This document shows positions 27,013 to 36,700 of a stretch of 64,000 bases of DNA, piece after piece. The number at the start of each line of letters is the position of its first letter. The stretch's first letter is position 1. Made by a program: the position numbers and the translations under genes. The notes under the pieces are model-generated. The model made no database searches. It saw only the letters and a list, made by a program, of their open reading frames with translations, and had not been told where the DNA came from. Source of the stretch: Minisyncoccia bacterium (GTDB lineage Bacteria > Patescibacteriota > Minisyncoccia > Phycocordibacterales > UBA9973); contig JBGSSJ010000003.1 in the NCBI GenBank assembly GCA_041737125.1, positions 15,718 to 79,717 on the forward strand, written 5' to 3'.

Positions 27013-29259
27013 TTATTTTAATACACCATTATCATCTAAATACGTAATCTTCTCCACAGCTAGACATATAGCTTTCATCGCAGGCTTACCCTTGGCTACT
27101 CTTTCGGCTGTGCGTCTCTTCTGTGCTGCGTCTATTATCTTGTTTACTTTATCTTTGATTACATTGAGGCGTGTGATGCTTGTTGTCGTGTCTGCTACTG
27201 CTTGCTTGTATTCATCTTTTGCTTCCTTGATGGCTTCATCGTAAGAGGCTAAGTCTTTCGTAATATTTAATCCCTCCACAGACATTTTTAGATAGTTTGG
27301 ATTGGTTAGTGACTGTGTCTGCATAGGGCTGTCAGGTCCGTATGTTTTACTCACTTCTAATTCGTAAGCATTTACAGTTTTTTGTATATCCTCTAGTTTT
27401 ATTGGAGGGGGAACTAAAGAACCTTCCTCCGCTTTCTTAAGGGCATCAAGCAATTCTTGGGTAACTAGGTTTTCTCCCAATTCATTACCTTGATAGTAGA
27501 GATCGGCAATCATTTCCCTAAGCATTATTTTTTGCTTTTCATTTTCTGCATACAAACTAACTGTACCAGAATATTCATCTATAACATCTGTTGAATTAGT
27601 AAACCAATTTGGATTTGGTCCAGGGATACAATAGTCTAGTTTACCTATAGTGGGGACGACTTTATCGAGCACAACCTGAGCATCTTTTAGGAGCTTGATA
27701 TAGTCATACTGTACTTGTAGTATACCCCTCTTCTCTATCACAAGCTTACCTTTTAATGATGCATCTGTATATTTATTCCCTATATCACTCGTTAGGCTGA
27801 AGTATCCTACATTTGTTGTAAATGCATTTCCGGTATTAGCAGTTAGACTGTTGCCGTCTGCATCAAATATCTGATTAATGCCGAACCCCCCACTTCCGCT
27901 ACCAGAGAAGTCGTTGTCAGCCGAGCGCAAGCCATACAGTCCTTGCGTGGTGAACTTATTTAGAAGAACAGCGAACAGGCTATTTAGAGCATCGTCTATA
28001 GTCTTTACTAGTTCTATCTGGCGCTCAGGTGTATTTAAGTGTGTATCTACCTTTGTCTTTATATTACTACCTGGAGTCACTGTCTTCCATTGGAGGCATT
28101 TTGGTGATCCGTCTGGGTTCTGAGTATCGTCTTCTCCTGCCCACTCTGCACACTCTTTCTGGTCTAAGTAGCCTCCATTACGAGCTATCTCATCCGCAGT
28201 TTGCTGGACTGCTTCATTCCTCTTCCTACCTATGAGCTCTGTTGCCTTGATAGTGAATCCTAGCGGATTATTCTCCGGCTTTTGGGTGAAGGCGAACCAT
28301 CCATCCCAGCCACCTTCGGAGAAGTCTTCAGAGAAGCTCTCGGGTGTAGCCCCTGGCTTTAGGTAGTCAGTTAAATCTTGCCGGAGAGCATTGTTTATAT
28401 TACCTTTATATCTTTGAGCTAGTATTTGTGAACGAGCAAAGTCTCTGCCGTAAGGGTGGTCTATAGATCCTTCCTCACCAAGTTTTGCAAGCTCATTCTG
28501 AAGTATCTCCCCACTGACACTGTCTAGTAATGAAGTTACATTCGTCACATACATAGGGTCACCGTTGAATCCACTATTTACCCAGTTCATAGTCTGCTTT
28601 GTCATAAGGGTGAGCTGCCTCTTCGCTAGAGCTACAGCGATACCGTTGAAGCATTTTTCTTGCTGTTCTTTCAGTTCTTTCTTGTTATCATCCTCTACTT
28701 TTTGTTTTGCATCTCTTTCTAGTTCTGCTAATAATGAATCATCATATACTTCTTTAGGAGCTGCATCGGTTTCGAATTTATCAGCATTATCAATACCTGT
28801 TTGTATACCAGTAGCTATACCAGCTCCAACTCCTTGAGGTATCCATCCCACAGCTATTGCTGCTGTTGATAAGGCACTAGTGATTGTTTTTTTTATTTTT
28901 TCGATTTCGTCATTTATTGCTTTTGTTTTGTTTTTGCTTTTTAGTAGGTTTTTTAATTTATCTTCCAATTTGTTTGTTAAATTATTAAGTTTTTTCTTAA
29001 AAAGATCGTTTACTTGGAGAAGTTTACCTGCAAGCGTATTTGTAATACCCGTACAACTAAGTACAGATGTAAGTAGTTCGGGACTATCTTTTAGAGATTT
29101 CAATGATAATTGATAAGGATTTTTACCGTTCGCACCAGGATTATTGTAATTAAGTAAGTTATTATCAGCCAGAAGTTGCAAAGGCAGAATAACTTGCGAA
29201 GCAAGTATAGCCACTACGAGTATTATAGGAATTATTTTTTGACTTAGTAACTTACTCAT
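27013..29259 (-). CDS. Large hypothetical extracytoplasmic protein (N-terminal signal anchor) within the T4SS-like block
   Basis: 748 aa. N-terminal TM (IIPIILVVAILASQVILPLQLL). No recognisable motif. Gly-rich patch GWIPQGVGAGIATGIQTGIDNADKFETD. Confidence 0.5.
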   Translation of the reverse strand: MSKLLSQKIIPIILVVAILASQVILPLQLLADNNLLNYNNPGANGKNPYQLSLKSLKDSPELLTSVLSCTGITNTLAGKLLQVNDLFKKKLNNLTNKLEDKLKNLLKSKNKTKAINDEIEKIKKTITSALSTAAIAVGWIPQGVGAGIATGIQTGIDNADKFETDAAPKEVYDDSLLAELERDAKQKVEDDNKKELKEQQEKCFNGIAVALAKRQLTLMTKQTMNWVNSGFNGDPMYVTNVTSLLDSVSGEILQNELAKLGEEGSIDHPYGRDFARSQILAQRYKGNINNALRQDLTDYLKPGATPESFSEDFSEGGWDGWFAFTQKPENNPLGFTIKATELIGRKRNEAVQQTADEIARNGGYLDQKECAEWAGEDDTQNPDGSPKCLQWKTVTPGSNIKTKVDTHLNTPERQIELVKTIDDALNSLFAVLLNKFTTQGLYGLRSADNDFSGSGSGGFGINQIFDADGNSLTANTGNAFTTNVGYFSLTSDIGNKYTDASLKGKLVIEKRGILQVQYDYIKLLKDAQVVLDKVVPTIGKLDYCIPGPNPNWFTNSTDVIDEYSGTVSLYAENEKQKIMLREMIADLYYQGNELGENLVTQELLDALKKAEEGSLVPPPIKLEDIQKTVNAYELEVSKTYGPDSPMQTQSLTNPNYLKMSVEGLNITKDLASYDEAIKEAKDEYKQAVADTTTSITRLNVIKDKVNKIIDAAQKRRTAERVAKGKPAMKAICLAVEKITYLDDNGVLK

Positions 29260-29283
29260 ATAATCAATAATAGTATATCACTT

Positions 29284-30180
29284 TTATTCTAATTTGGTTG
29301 ATAATTTATCGATATCAAGAACCAATGCCTGGCTATATCTGTTGTAATTAATAATACCTTTCATGCCCACGATAGGGTTCGAGAATAGCTTGGTCAGGTC
29401 GTATATAGACTGTGCCACCTTTTCATAATTATTGGCCAGACTAACATGTGCATCAACCATATCGAGCGGAACTGATAATTTTATTAAATCTTTACTATAA
29501 TTTCTATAAGAATCAGCAATTTTCGACACGAGAGCGAGTGCGGCCTTATCATTGTTGTTTAGTGCTGTTTCTACGAAGAATAATTCATCCCCAAGATTAC
29601 TTTTTGAATATTTTATATTTAAATTAGTGTAATCGGTAAAATAAGTTATAATTTCAAATCCATCCTCGTCTGCTTCTGCTATTTTTACCATATCTCTACT
29701 GTACACATCTGCTATGGGTTCCGCGACAATCTTCTGCCCTATTGCTTCGTTGACCGCATTTAGAGTCCCTTCATTTAGGTTCCCAGTCTGTTGGAGTGAC
29801 ATAATAACAGCGAAGAATTCTTTCGATAAAGCCTCATTCTCTTTCGAATCAATACCTTCATCTGTGAATAGGGGCACACTAGTATCCTTTTCTAATGCTT
29901 CTCTTTTCGCCAAGATAAATGCTTTATTCTCTGGGCCGTTTAGGTATGGGTCTAGTCCCCAGAGGGATTCCTCCCAGTCTGGAATACCGTTCGTGTTGCT
30001 ATCTTGGAGGACTAAGTCTTTGACTATGAGAGTATCTACTTCTCCTCTCTTGGTAGCTACCTTTTTCTTTATGAAGCGACTGATTTCTGTAATACCAAAA
30101 ACAAGCCCAATGATAATGAGGATAATAAGGACGCGGGCTCTAAATTGTGTACTCGGTAGATACTTCTTATCTATAGTCAT
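29284..30180 (-). CDS. Hypothetical bitopic membrane protein. Its topology and size are compatible with a VirB8-like component, which is speculative
   Basis: 298 aa. Single N-terminal TM (ARVLIILIIIGLVFGI), then a ~260 aa extracytoplasmic domain. First gene of the minus-strand block before rsmA. Confidence 0.45.
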   Translation of the reverse strand: MTIDKKYLPSTQFRARVLIILIIIGLVFGITEISRFIKKKVATKRGEVDTLIVKDLVLQDSNTNGIPDWEESLWGLDPYLNGPENKAFILAKREALEKDTSVPLFTDEGIDSKENEALSKEFFAVIMSLQQTGNLNEGTLNAVNEAIGQKIVAEPIADVYSRDMVKIAEADEDGFEIITYFTDYTNLNIKYSKSNLGDELFFVETALNNNDKAALALVSKIADSYRNYSKDLIKLSVPLDMVDAHVSLANNYEKVAQSIYDLTKLFSNPIVGMKGIINYNRYSQALVLDIDKLSTKLE

Positions 30181-30229
30181 AAATTGATTTACGACTTTAT
30201 TATACTATTTATTATTTAAATATACTAGA

Positions 30230-31030
30230 TTATCTATGTAGAAACTCAGTGATGCGGAGCCATGTGGGGAAAGGTAGGTCCTCGGCGCGGGCTTTCGCGT
30301 CTATAGAGAGCTCTTTGAACATGTCCTCTATCATATCCGCGTCCGCTACATCCTCTAAATTCTTCCGTAGGACTTTCCTTTTGTGTGCAAATGAAGCACG
30401 GATCACTTCGAAGAATTTATCTTCAAGCTTTTTGTCGCCCTGGAAATTGCTTTTCGATATATTATTTATAGCTATTATTGCGGAATCCACTTTCGGGCTA
30501 GGGGTGAAGAACCTCTTCCCTACTTTCATTACATACTTAGGATCTCCGTATGCTTTCACTGATAGGGATAAGATGCTTTCTTTATTGTCGCGGGCGACTA
30601 TGCGCATGGCGACTTCTTTCTGCACAAGAAGGACCATGGTTTTCGGTTGAATTGTTTCTGATAAGAATTTGCGAATGATAGAACCTGTTATATTGTAAGG
30701 GATGTTTGCGATTATTTTATACTCCCCCTCTTTCAATCCGTACTCTGCCCCATCGAATTCCAATATATCACCGTAGATTATTTTTAATTTATTACTCTCT
30801 ACTTCATCTTTGAATCTGTCTTTCAGTATATCTAAGAGATCACGATCCTTTTCGATTGCTATCACTGTCGCACCTTGCGCAAGTAGTCTCTCGGTAAGGG
30901 CTCCTTTACCTGGGCCTATCTCTACTATAGTGTCTGTATTTAGCACATTCCCCGAAGAGATCATAGCACGCAAAGCCTCCTCACTCTTGAGGAAATTCTG
31001 ACCTAAGGACTTTTTCGCTTTGTGAATCAT
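30230..31030 (-). CDS. rsmA: 16S rRNA (adenine1518/1519-N6)-dimethyltransferase RsmA/KsgA
   Basis: 266 aa. LGQNFL signature plus the SAM-binding VEIGPGKGALT motif. Confidence 0.9.
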   Translation of the reverse strand: MIHKAKKSLGQNFLKSEEALRAMISSGNVLNTDTIVEIGPGKGALTERLLAQGATVIAIEKDRDLLDILKDRFKDEVESNKLKIIYGDILEFDGAEYGLKEGEYKIIANIPYNITGSIIRKFLSETIQPKTMVLLVQKEVAMRIVARDNKESILSLSVKAYGDPKYVMKVGKRFFTPSPKVDSAIIAINNISKSNFQGDKKLEDKFFEVIRASFAHKRKVLRKNLEDVADADMIEDMFKELSIDAKARAEDLPFPTWLRITEFLHR

Positions 31031-31044
31031 AAATTTATATTAGC

Positions 31045-31420
31045 ATGTATGTTCCATAAAAACATTCTCAGATTTGCTCAAACAAAAATATTCACGAGCG
31101 AACCCTTTCGCAGACTGTCGAGGCGAGAAGAGCAAAAATTGAGCACAATTTTATGCGTGGTGAGCCCGTGAGTATTTTTGTGGTGAGCAGCAAAAAGAAA
31201 TAATAAAAACATTCTCAGATTCACCACGAATAATTTTCTGGTGAAAATTTTCTCTGCTCGGGTCGTCGCCCTGCGCAAGGGTTCGCTCACGAATACTTTT
31301 GCTCTGCTCTGTCTGGATAAAAAATAATACTTTTTTATTGAGCAGGTGTGGGCGCGCGCTCCGAGTATTCTCGGAGTAGGGATAAACGAAATAAAAAAGT
31401 ATTATTTTTTAGTAAGACAT
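31045..31420. repeat. Unusually long structured non-coding region: two direct copies of aaaaacattctcagatt (31052, 31207); imperfect ~35 nt inverted repeats (31090-31130 vs 31260-31300); an AT-rich 20 bp inverted repeat pair (aaaaaataatacttttttat / ataaaaaagtattatttttt, ~31318-31340 and ~31391-31412) enclosing a GC-rich hairpin (ctccgagtattctcggag)
   Basis: Read directly. No protein-like ORF: the tracked 70 aa ORF 31078..31290 is low-complexity. Candidate structured ncRNA (6S-like long imperfect duplex) or a MITE-like remnant. Confidence 0.4.
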
Positions 31421-31421
31421 T

Positions 31422-33386
31422 CTAAATGTATACTACTCTCTCCCCTCTACCACTCTCCCCTTGTTCGAATTCTACGAGATGCTCTGGTATGTCATTTATG
31501 AATTCACTTGGGTTATTGATCTGTCTATTACCATATATAGTACGAATAGATGCATAAGATAAATATAATTTATGCTCTGCTCGAGTGAGTGCCACATAGA
31601 ACAGTCTGCGCTCCTCTTCATTATCTTCTTTCCCTCTGTTACCCATGCGTGCATGAGGGAACAGGTCTTGCTCAAGTCCCGCAATGAAAACGTATTTAAA
31701 TTCAAGTCCTTTCGATGCATGGACTGTCATGAGTCTTACCCCACCCTTCTTCTCTTTGGGTTTATTCTCTTCGTGTATGAGTGTGTCTTGGTCAGATGCT
31801 AGGCTTGCATCTTCGAGCAATTTCTCCAATCCCTCGCCTTGTGGCATGGTGTCATACTTCGTAGCCAAAGTTACAAGCTCTTTCATGTTCTCTAGGCGCT
31901 CTATGTCATCTGTTGAGCCTTTTGCTAATTCTTCTTCAAGTCCGCTGTCGCTGATAACATACCGTATAGTTTCAGATGGAGTGTGGGTCTCTGCATAGAC
32001 TTTTATATTATCGAGTAGTCTGTAGAATTTACTAATTTTCACTTGCATGCTTGCAGGCAAGTCACCATATTGATCTGCGAAAAGTTTAAGTAGTGTGACT
32101 TTGCCTATACCACGAGTCGGTGTATTTATAATTCTTTTAATATCTGACAAGCTCTCTCTGTTGAAAGAAGCCCTGATATATGAAAGCAAATCTTTAATTT
32201 CTTTTCTTTCGAAGAACTTCACTCCTAGCACTTGGTAAGGGATATTTTTACCGAGCAATGCTTCCTCTAGTACTCTTGACTGGAAGTTCGCACGGTATAG
32301 TACAGCTATGTCTTCTGTCCTCGTGCCACTATCAATGAGTGCTTCTATGGTTCGTGCGACGAATTCAGCTTCACGGACTTCATCGTAGGCTTCATGAATT
32401 GTTATCATCTCACCTGTTTTGTTCTCAGTGAACAAAGTTTTATCTACTCTGTATTGATTCTTCTTGATTACATTATTGGCAGCTTCGATAATATTTTTCG
32501 TCGATCGATAATTCTGTTCGAGCATTATGATCTTCGTATTCGGATAATCTTTCTCGAAGTGAAGCATATTCTTGATATTAGCTCCGCGCCAACTATATAT
32601 ATTCTGATCAGTGTCACCCACCACGCATATGTTCTCTATGCCATCCGCATTCTGTCCTACGAGCAACTTTACGAGTTCATACTGCACTTCATTCGTGTCC
32701 TGATACTCATCTATATGTATGTACTTCCATTTGGTCTGGTACTTATGTTTCACTTCCGGATACTTCTTCAATATTAAAACAGTCTCGAGCAATAAGTCAT
32801 CGAAGTCGAGAGCTTTCTCCTTTTTCAATGTCCTTTCATAGTCGCGCCAGATGCGTGCGACTATACTTGTCATAGTACTACTAGCATCTTTGCTATAGGT
32901 ATCGACTGTGATGAAGTCACCTTTGGCTTTCGATATTATGCTTTTGATTTTCCTTGGCTCGAATTGCTTGGGATCTATGTCCGCTGCTTTCATAGCGTCT
33001 TTGATAATAACCATCGTGTCATGGTCATCGAGTATGGTGAAGTGCTTCGTCAGGCCGATAAGATGAGCATTCTCTTTGATAATGTACACACCGAGTGAGT
33101 GGAATGTGGATACGAACGGCACACTACCCCAACTCTGGTCTTGTCCACTATTCTCTACATCATGTAGTAAGTTTATAACTCTCTCCCGCATCTCCTTTGC
33201 GGCTTTGTTTGTGAATGTGACAGCAAGTATAGACGACGGATTAACACCTTGGTGTATGAGGTGAATAATGCGGTGGGTTATAGTCTTCGTCTTCCCTGCA
33301 CCAGCGCCAGCTACAATCAAAAGAGGCCCCTCTGTATAAAGTACGGCCTCTTTCTGTTTATCATTTAGTGAATCTAGGTATTTCAT
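31422..33386 (-). CDS. pcrA: UvrD/PcrA-family superfamily 1 DNA helicase
   Basis: 654 aa. Motif I AGAGAGKTKTITHRI, motif Ia AVTFTNKAAKEM, and later helicase motifs (VDEYQDTN-like HIDEYQDTN, GDTDQNIY-like VVGDTDQNIYSWRGA). Confidence 0.88.
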   Translation of the reverse strand: MKYLDSLNDKQKEAVLYTEGPLLIVAGAGAGKTKTITHRIIHLIHQGVNPSSILAVTFTNKAAKEMRERVINLLHDVENSGQDQSWGSVPFVSTFHSLGVYIIKENAHLIGLTKHFTILDDHDTMVIIKDAMKAADIDPKQFEPRKIKSIISKAKGDFITVDTYSKDASSTMTSIVARIWRDYERTLKKEKALDFDDLLLETVLILKKYPEVKHKYQTKWKYIHIDEYQDTNEVQYELVKLLVGQNADGIENICVVGDTDQNIYSWRGANIKNMLHFEKDYPNTKIIMLEQNYRSTKNIIEAANNVIKKNQYRVDKTLFTENKTGEMITIHEAYDEVREAEFVARTIEALIDSGTRTEDIAVLYRANFQSRVLEEALLGKNIPYQVLGVKFFERKEIKDLLSYIRASFNRESLSDIKRIINTPTRGIGKVTLLKLFADQYGDLPASMQVKISKFYRLLDNIKVYAETHTPSETIRYVISDSGLEEELAKGSTDDIERLENMKELVTLATKYDTMPQGEGLEKLLEDASLASDQDTLIHEENKPKEKKGGVRLMTVHASKGLEFKYVFIAGLEQDLFPHARMGNRGKEDNEEERRLFYVALTRAEHKLYLSYASIRTIYGNRQINNPSEFINDIPEHLVEFEQGESGRGERVVYI

Positions 33387-33432
33387 GAGTTCCTATTATA
33401 TCACTTTTATTATTTTTATTTATTTTTCTATT

Positions 33433-33738
33433 TTAACCTATCTGGCTCATGATATTCTGCGCATCATCTGCGATCTTTTGAGCCTCTTCCTTCACAATAG
33501 TATCAAGCTCAGGCACCTTCTCGGCAAGGTAGCCGAACATTACTTCTGGAGTAGGGTTCGTCTCGAGTAATTTCTCGAATGCTTCACCTTCCTTGTCATC
33601 CATGATATCAAGCACACGAAGCATGACTTCCTGGTAAACTATAGAGCCCAACTTCTCCATAACTTCCTGTTGCTGTTCTACAGGAAGCTTATCTATACCT
33701 AATATTGTAACTACATTTTTATTTATTTCATCAAACAT
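33433..33738 (-). CDS. Small acidic hypothetical protein (last gene before the helicase in the operon)
   Basis: 101 aa. Glu/Asp-rich. No TM. Confidence 0.45.
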   Translation of the reverse strand: MFDEINKNVVTILGIDKLPVEQQQEVMEKLGSIVYQEVMLRVLDIMDDKEGEAFEKLLETNPTPEVMFGYLAEKVPELDTIVKEEAQKIADDAQNIMSQIG

Positions 33739-33773
33739 ATTTTTGTCGCCAATGGCGTATTAATTATTAATTT

Positions 33774-36700
33774 CTAACGACGATACCAACCATAACCCCC
33801 TACTGGAACAGTCCACCTATTATTTGCAGCAATTACATCTACACCCCTAAGCGCTCTCCTAACTGTTTCTGGACTGTAGTCATACATAGGATTCTGGTAA
33901 TTACTTTGTCTTACGCTGTAACTTTGTCTTTGCATTCCGCGAGATGTGCGATCACCTTCTCTAAATTCATTACGATCAAGAGCTGTCTCACTTATATCTG
34001 CATCTTTCTTGAGAGCGTAGAGTGTGTTGTCTTCTGTTCTGTGTATATCGCGTGTGATACGAGTTATATACTTCTCTAGTGGTTCATCCCCTATTGGCTT
34101 TGCATTTAGAGGGTCAATCTTCTCGTATAATTTCGACATTCTTACTAGCTCTTCTTCATTCTTGAATGAAAGGTCAGTTATGGCACCGGCAGAGTTTTGT
34201 GTACCTACTACTATGCCTTTATTGATAAGTGTCTGCATTTCTTCTGTAGAAACTTGGGCATTATTCATATCGAAGAAATCTTTCGCAGGAATCTTGTTCA
34301 CAATCTTCCATTCTGGCTGTTCACGATAGTAGTCTAATGCTGTAGCTTCTACTACCTTATCTAGTTCTTTGTCGTACATATTACCTGTTTGTCCATTACC
34401 TAGAAGAGTCTGCATTGTCCTCTCTTTCTCGTATTCGTCATATGAAGCGAAATCTAGCTTCTTCTGTTCGAAAGTATTATCAACTGCATTGTTCCATTTA
34501 TTATTCTCTACTCCATTTGTTTCGACATATGTCGGCTTATCTATAACTACATTGGAGCGACCGAATGTGTCGCGGACTTCTTTCGCATCTTCTAGGTGTC
34601 TTGCATCTGCCTCTATCTTATTCATAGAGACTTCTTTGTTGCCACCTACGTTCTCTATATTATTTTGCCCTGCATTTGCTGCAGCCTCATTTTCTCTAAG
34701 TGTTTCGAGCATTCTCTCGCGTGCTTCTATCTCTGCTTGGGCTACATTGGTCATAGGTATTGGACCTTTTGTGAAGCCATTACCTTGTATTTGAGACTGG
34801 CCACTGTCGCCTGCTCTATATATAGTCTCACCTCCACCAGTGGTATTGAATCCACCACTATTCGGAGATACCATTTCAGTGTTTGTGCCATTACTATTGT
34901 CCCACTTACCTTCAAGGGGAGCTATGTCTTCATTCCTACCTTGAGTTAAGTTTGACTTAAGACCATCATTTTCTCCTGGAGTTATAGCTTGCTCATCTAC
35001 TTGTATATTTTGATTTATCTTTTCCGGAGCATCTCCTCCATTTAGTGGTTGCTCATCTACTTGTATATTTTGATTTATTCTCTCTGGTGCATCTCCTTCT
35101 AGTCCTGTCTGAGAATTACTTGCTTCAAATTCAGAAACTTTCTCTGGTGATACCATTCTACTACCAGATCGATCAGAGTCGAACATCTTACCATCATACT
35201 TACCTGAAGGTGCCTCCGCGTCTCCTTTTGCGAGCTCTATAGGAGTACCACCTTCACTCTGACTGTATGATACATTGCCACTCTCATCTACATTAAATCT
35301 TCCACCGAGCTGTAGCATTGCACTCTCTGCGTCTTTACTAGGATCGAACATGCCGTACTCTATAGCAAGCTTGTCTGCTTTCGTATCTAGGATATGTTGC
35401 ACACTCGCAGGTCTGGTCGCTTCATCAGGATATTCTGCCTCCAACTTTTCTTGAAGTTCTTGTATTGTCTGTATTGCTCCATGACCTTTCGCAACTTCGA
35501 CACTTACTGCTTCTGGTTTCTCTTCATTTTGTTCTTGCTCAGTTTCCTCTTCTTTTTCTTCAACCTTCTCTTCCTCTTCCTCATTTGCCTCTTCTTGTTC
35601 CTCTTCATTATTTTCACTTTCTTCCTTTTCTTCAGCTTCATTGTCTTCCTTCGACTCTTCTTCCTCTACAGTTCCGTTATCATTATTTCCAGCCTCTTCT
35701 ACCTCAGGAGCTGGGCCAACTTCATCAGGACCTAGGCTTCTACCTGGATAATTATTAAAACCAAACAACCTTTTAAAGAATCCAGGTTTACTCTCTGCTT
35801 GATCTGCGACTTCTCCTGCTACTGGAGCAGCTACTTCTGGCTTCTCTATATTGTCTCCACCTAGGTTTATACCTAATTGTCCGGAAGCCAGTAACTCAGT
35901 TCCACCACCAAGTACAGCACTCATAGTTAGACCCACTGCCATTTTGGCGCGAGCTCTATTCCTTAATCTTTTCTTCTCGGCTTCATCGAGCTTCAGCATC
36001 TCCTCATCGTATTTCTTCAGATCGATACTATTGGCAGCGAACTGGTTGCCCAGGACTTCCATTTGAGCTTTCTGGTATTCTGCAAATGCCTCATCTTTCT
36101 TTTTATTTTTAAGATCTATGCCTTGGACAGCAAGAGCAGTTCCTTGACCTATTGTGTAGCTTCTTGCTAAACCTTTTGTAAATTTATAACCTGCATATGC
36201 TCCAGCACCTGCTGCTCCGACAATCCCAAAACTTACGGCACCTATCGTAAAAATACCAGTATTTAGAGCAATTCTTGCGGGCTTCGGTAGTTTTACATAC
36301 CAGTTTAGAGCCTGCTTCCAGTAAGGCTTTACAGGTGAACCCTCTGTCTTTTGTTTAGCTAATTTCCTCTTTTCTTCTACATAGACTTTCCCGAGGACTT
36401 CTGTTGCTTTGTATTTTAGGAAAGCTTCTTGTACTTGTTGGTAAGAAAGACTAGGATCTCTGTCCAACTCTCGCATCTTTTCATGGCAAAGTTTACGTTC
36501 TAGTGCTTGCCTTGCTTGGTCGTAAGATTCCTTAGTATTTTTGTATTCTTGTGAAAAGTAGTCCTCTTCTGCGATTTTCTTTGATATCCCAAGGCTAGCT
36601 TTAACCTTATCAATATTTAATTTCAGTTTATGTTCCTTTTTATTCTTTTTGTATTGCTCTACATATTCTCCGCGAGCGATATGTAATGCGATCTCTTCGC

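Noticed and set aside
15389-30180. Interpretation of the T4SS block as an integrative conjugative element
   Set aside because: No relaxase, VirD4-type coupling ATPase, integrase, oriT-like repeats or flanking att duplications were found within the block or its flanks. The only tyrosine recombinase (54800..55723) sits with xth in a housekeeping context and looks like chromosomal XerC/D
31078-31290. 70 aa minus-strand ORF in the rsmA-helicase gap
   Set aside because: It lies entirely inside the repeat-rich structured non-coding region and its composition is not protein-like. Treated as part of the candidate ncRNA or repeat element instead
35394-35758. Plus-strand ORFs (113 aa and 97 aa) rich in Leu/Phe
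   Set aside because: Antisense mirror of the poly-Glu (GAA/GAG-rich) region of the 1054 aa gene
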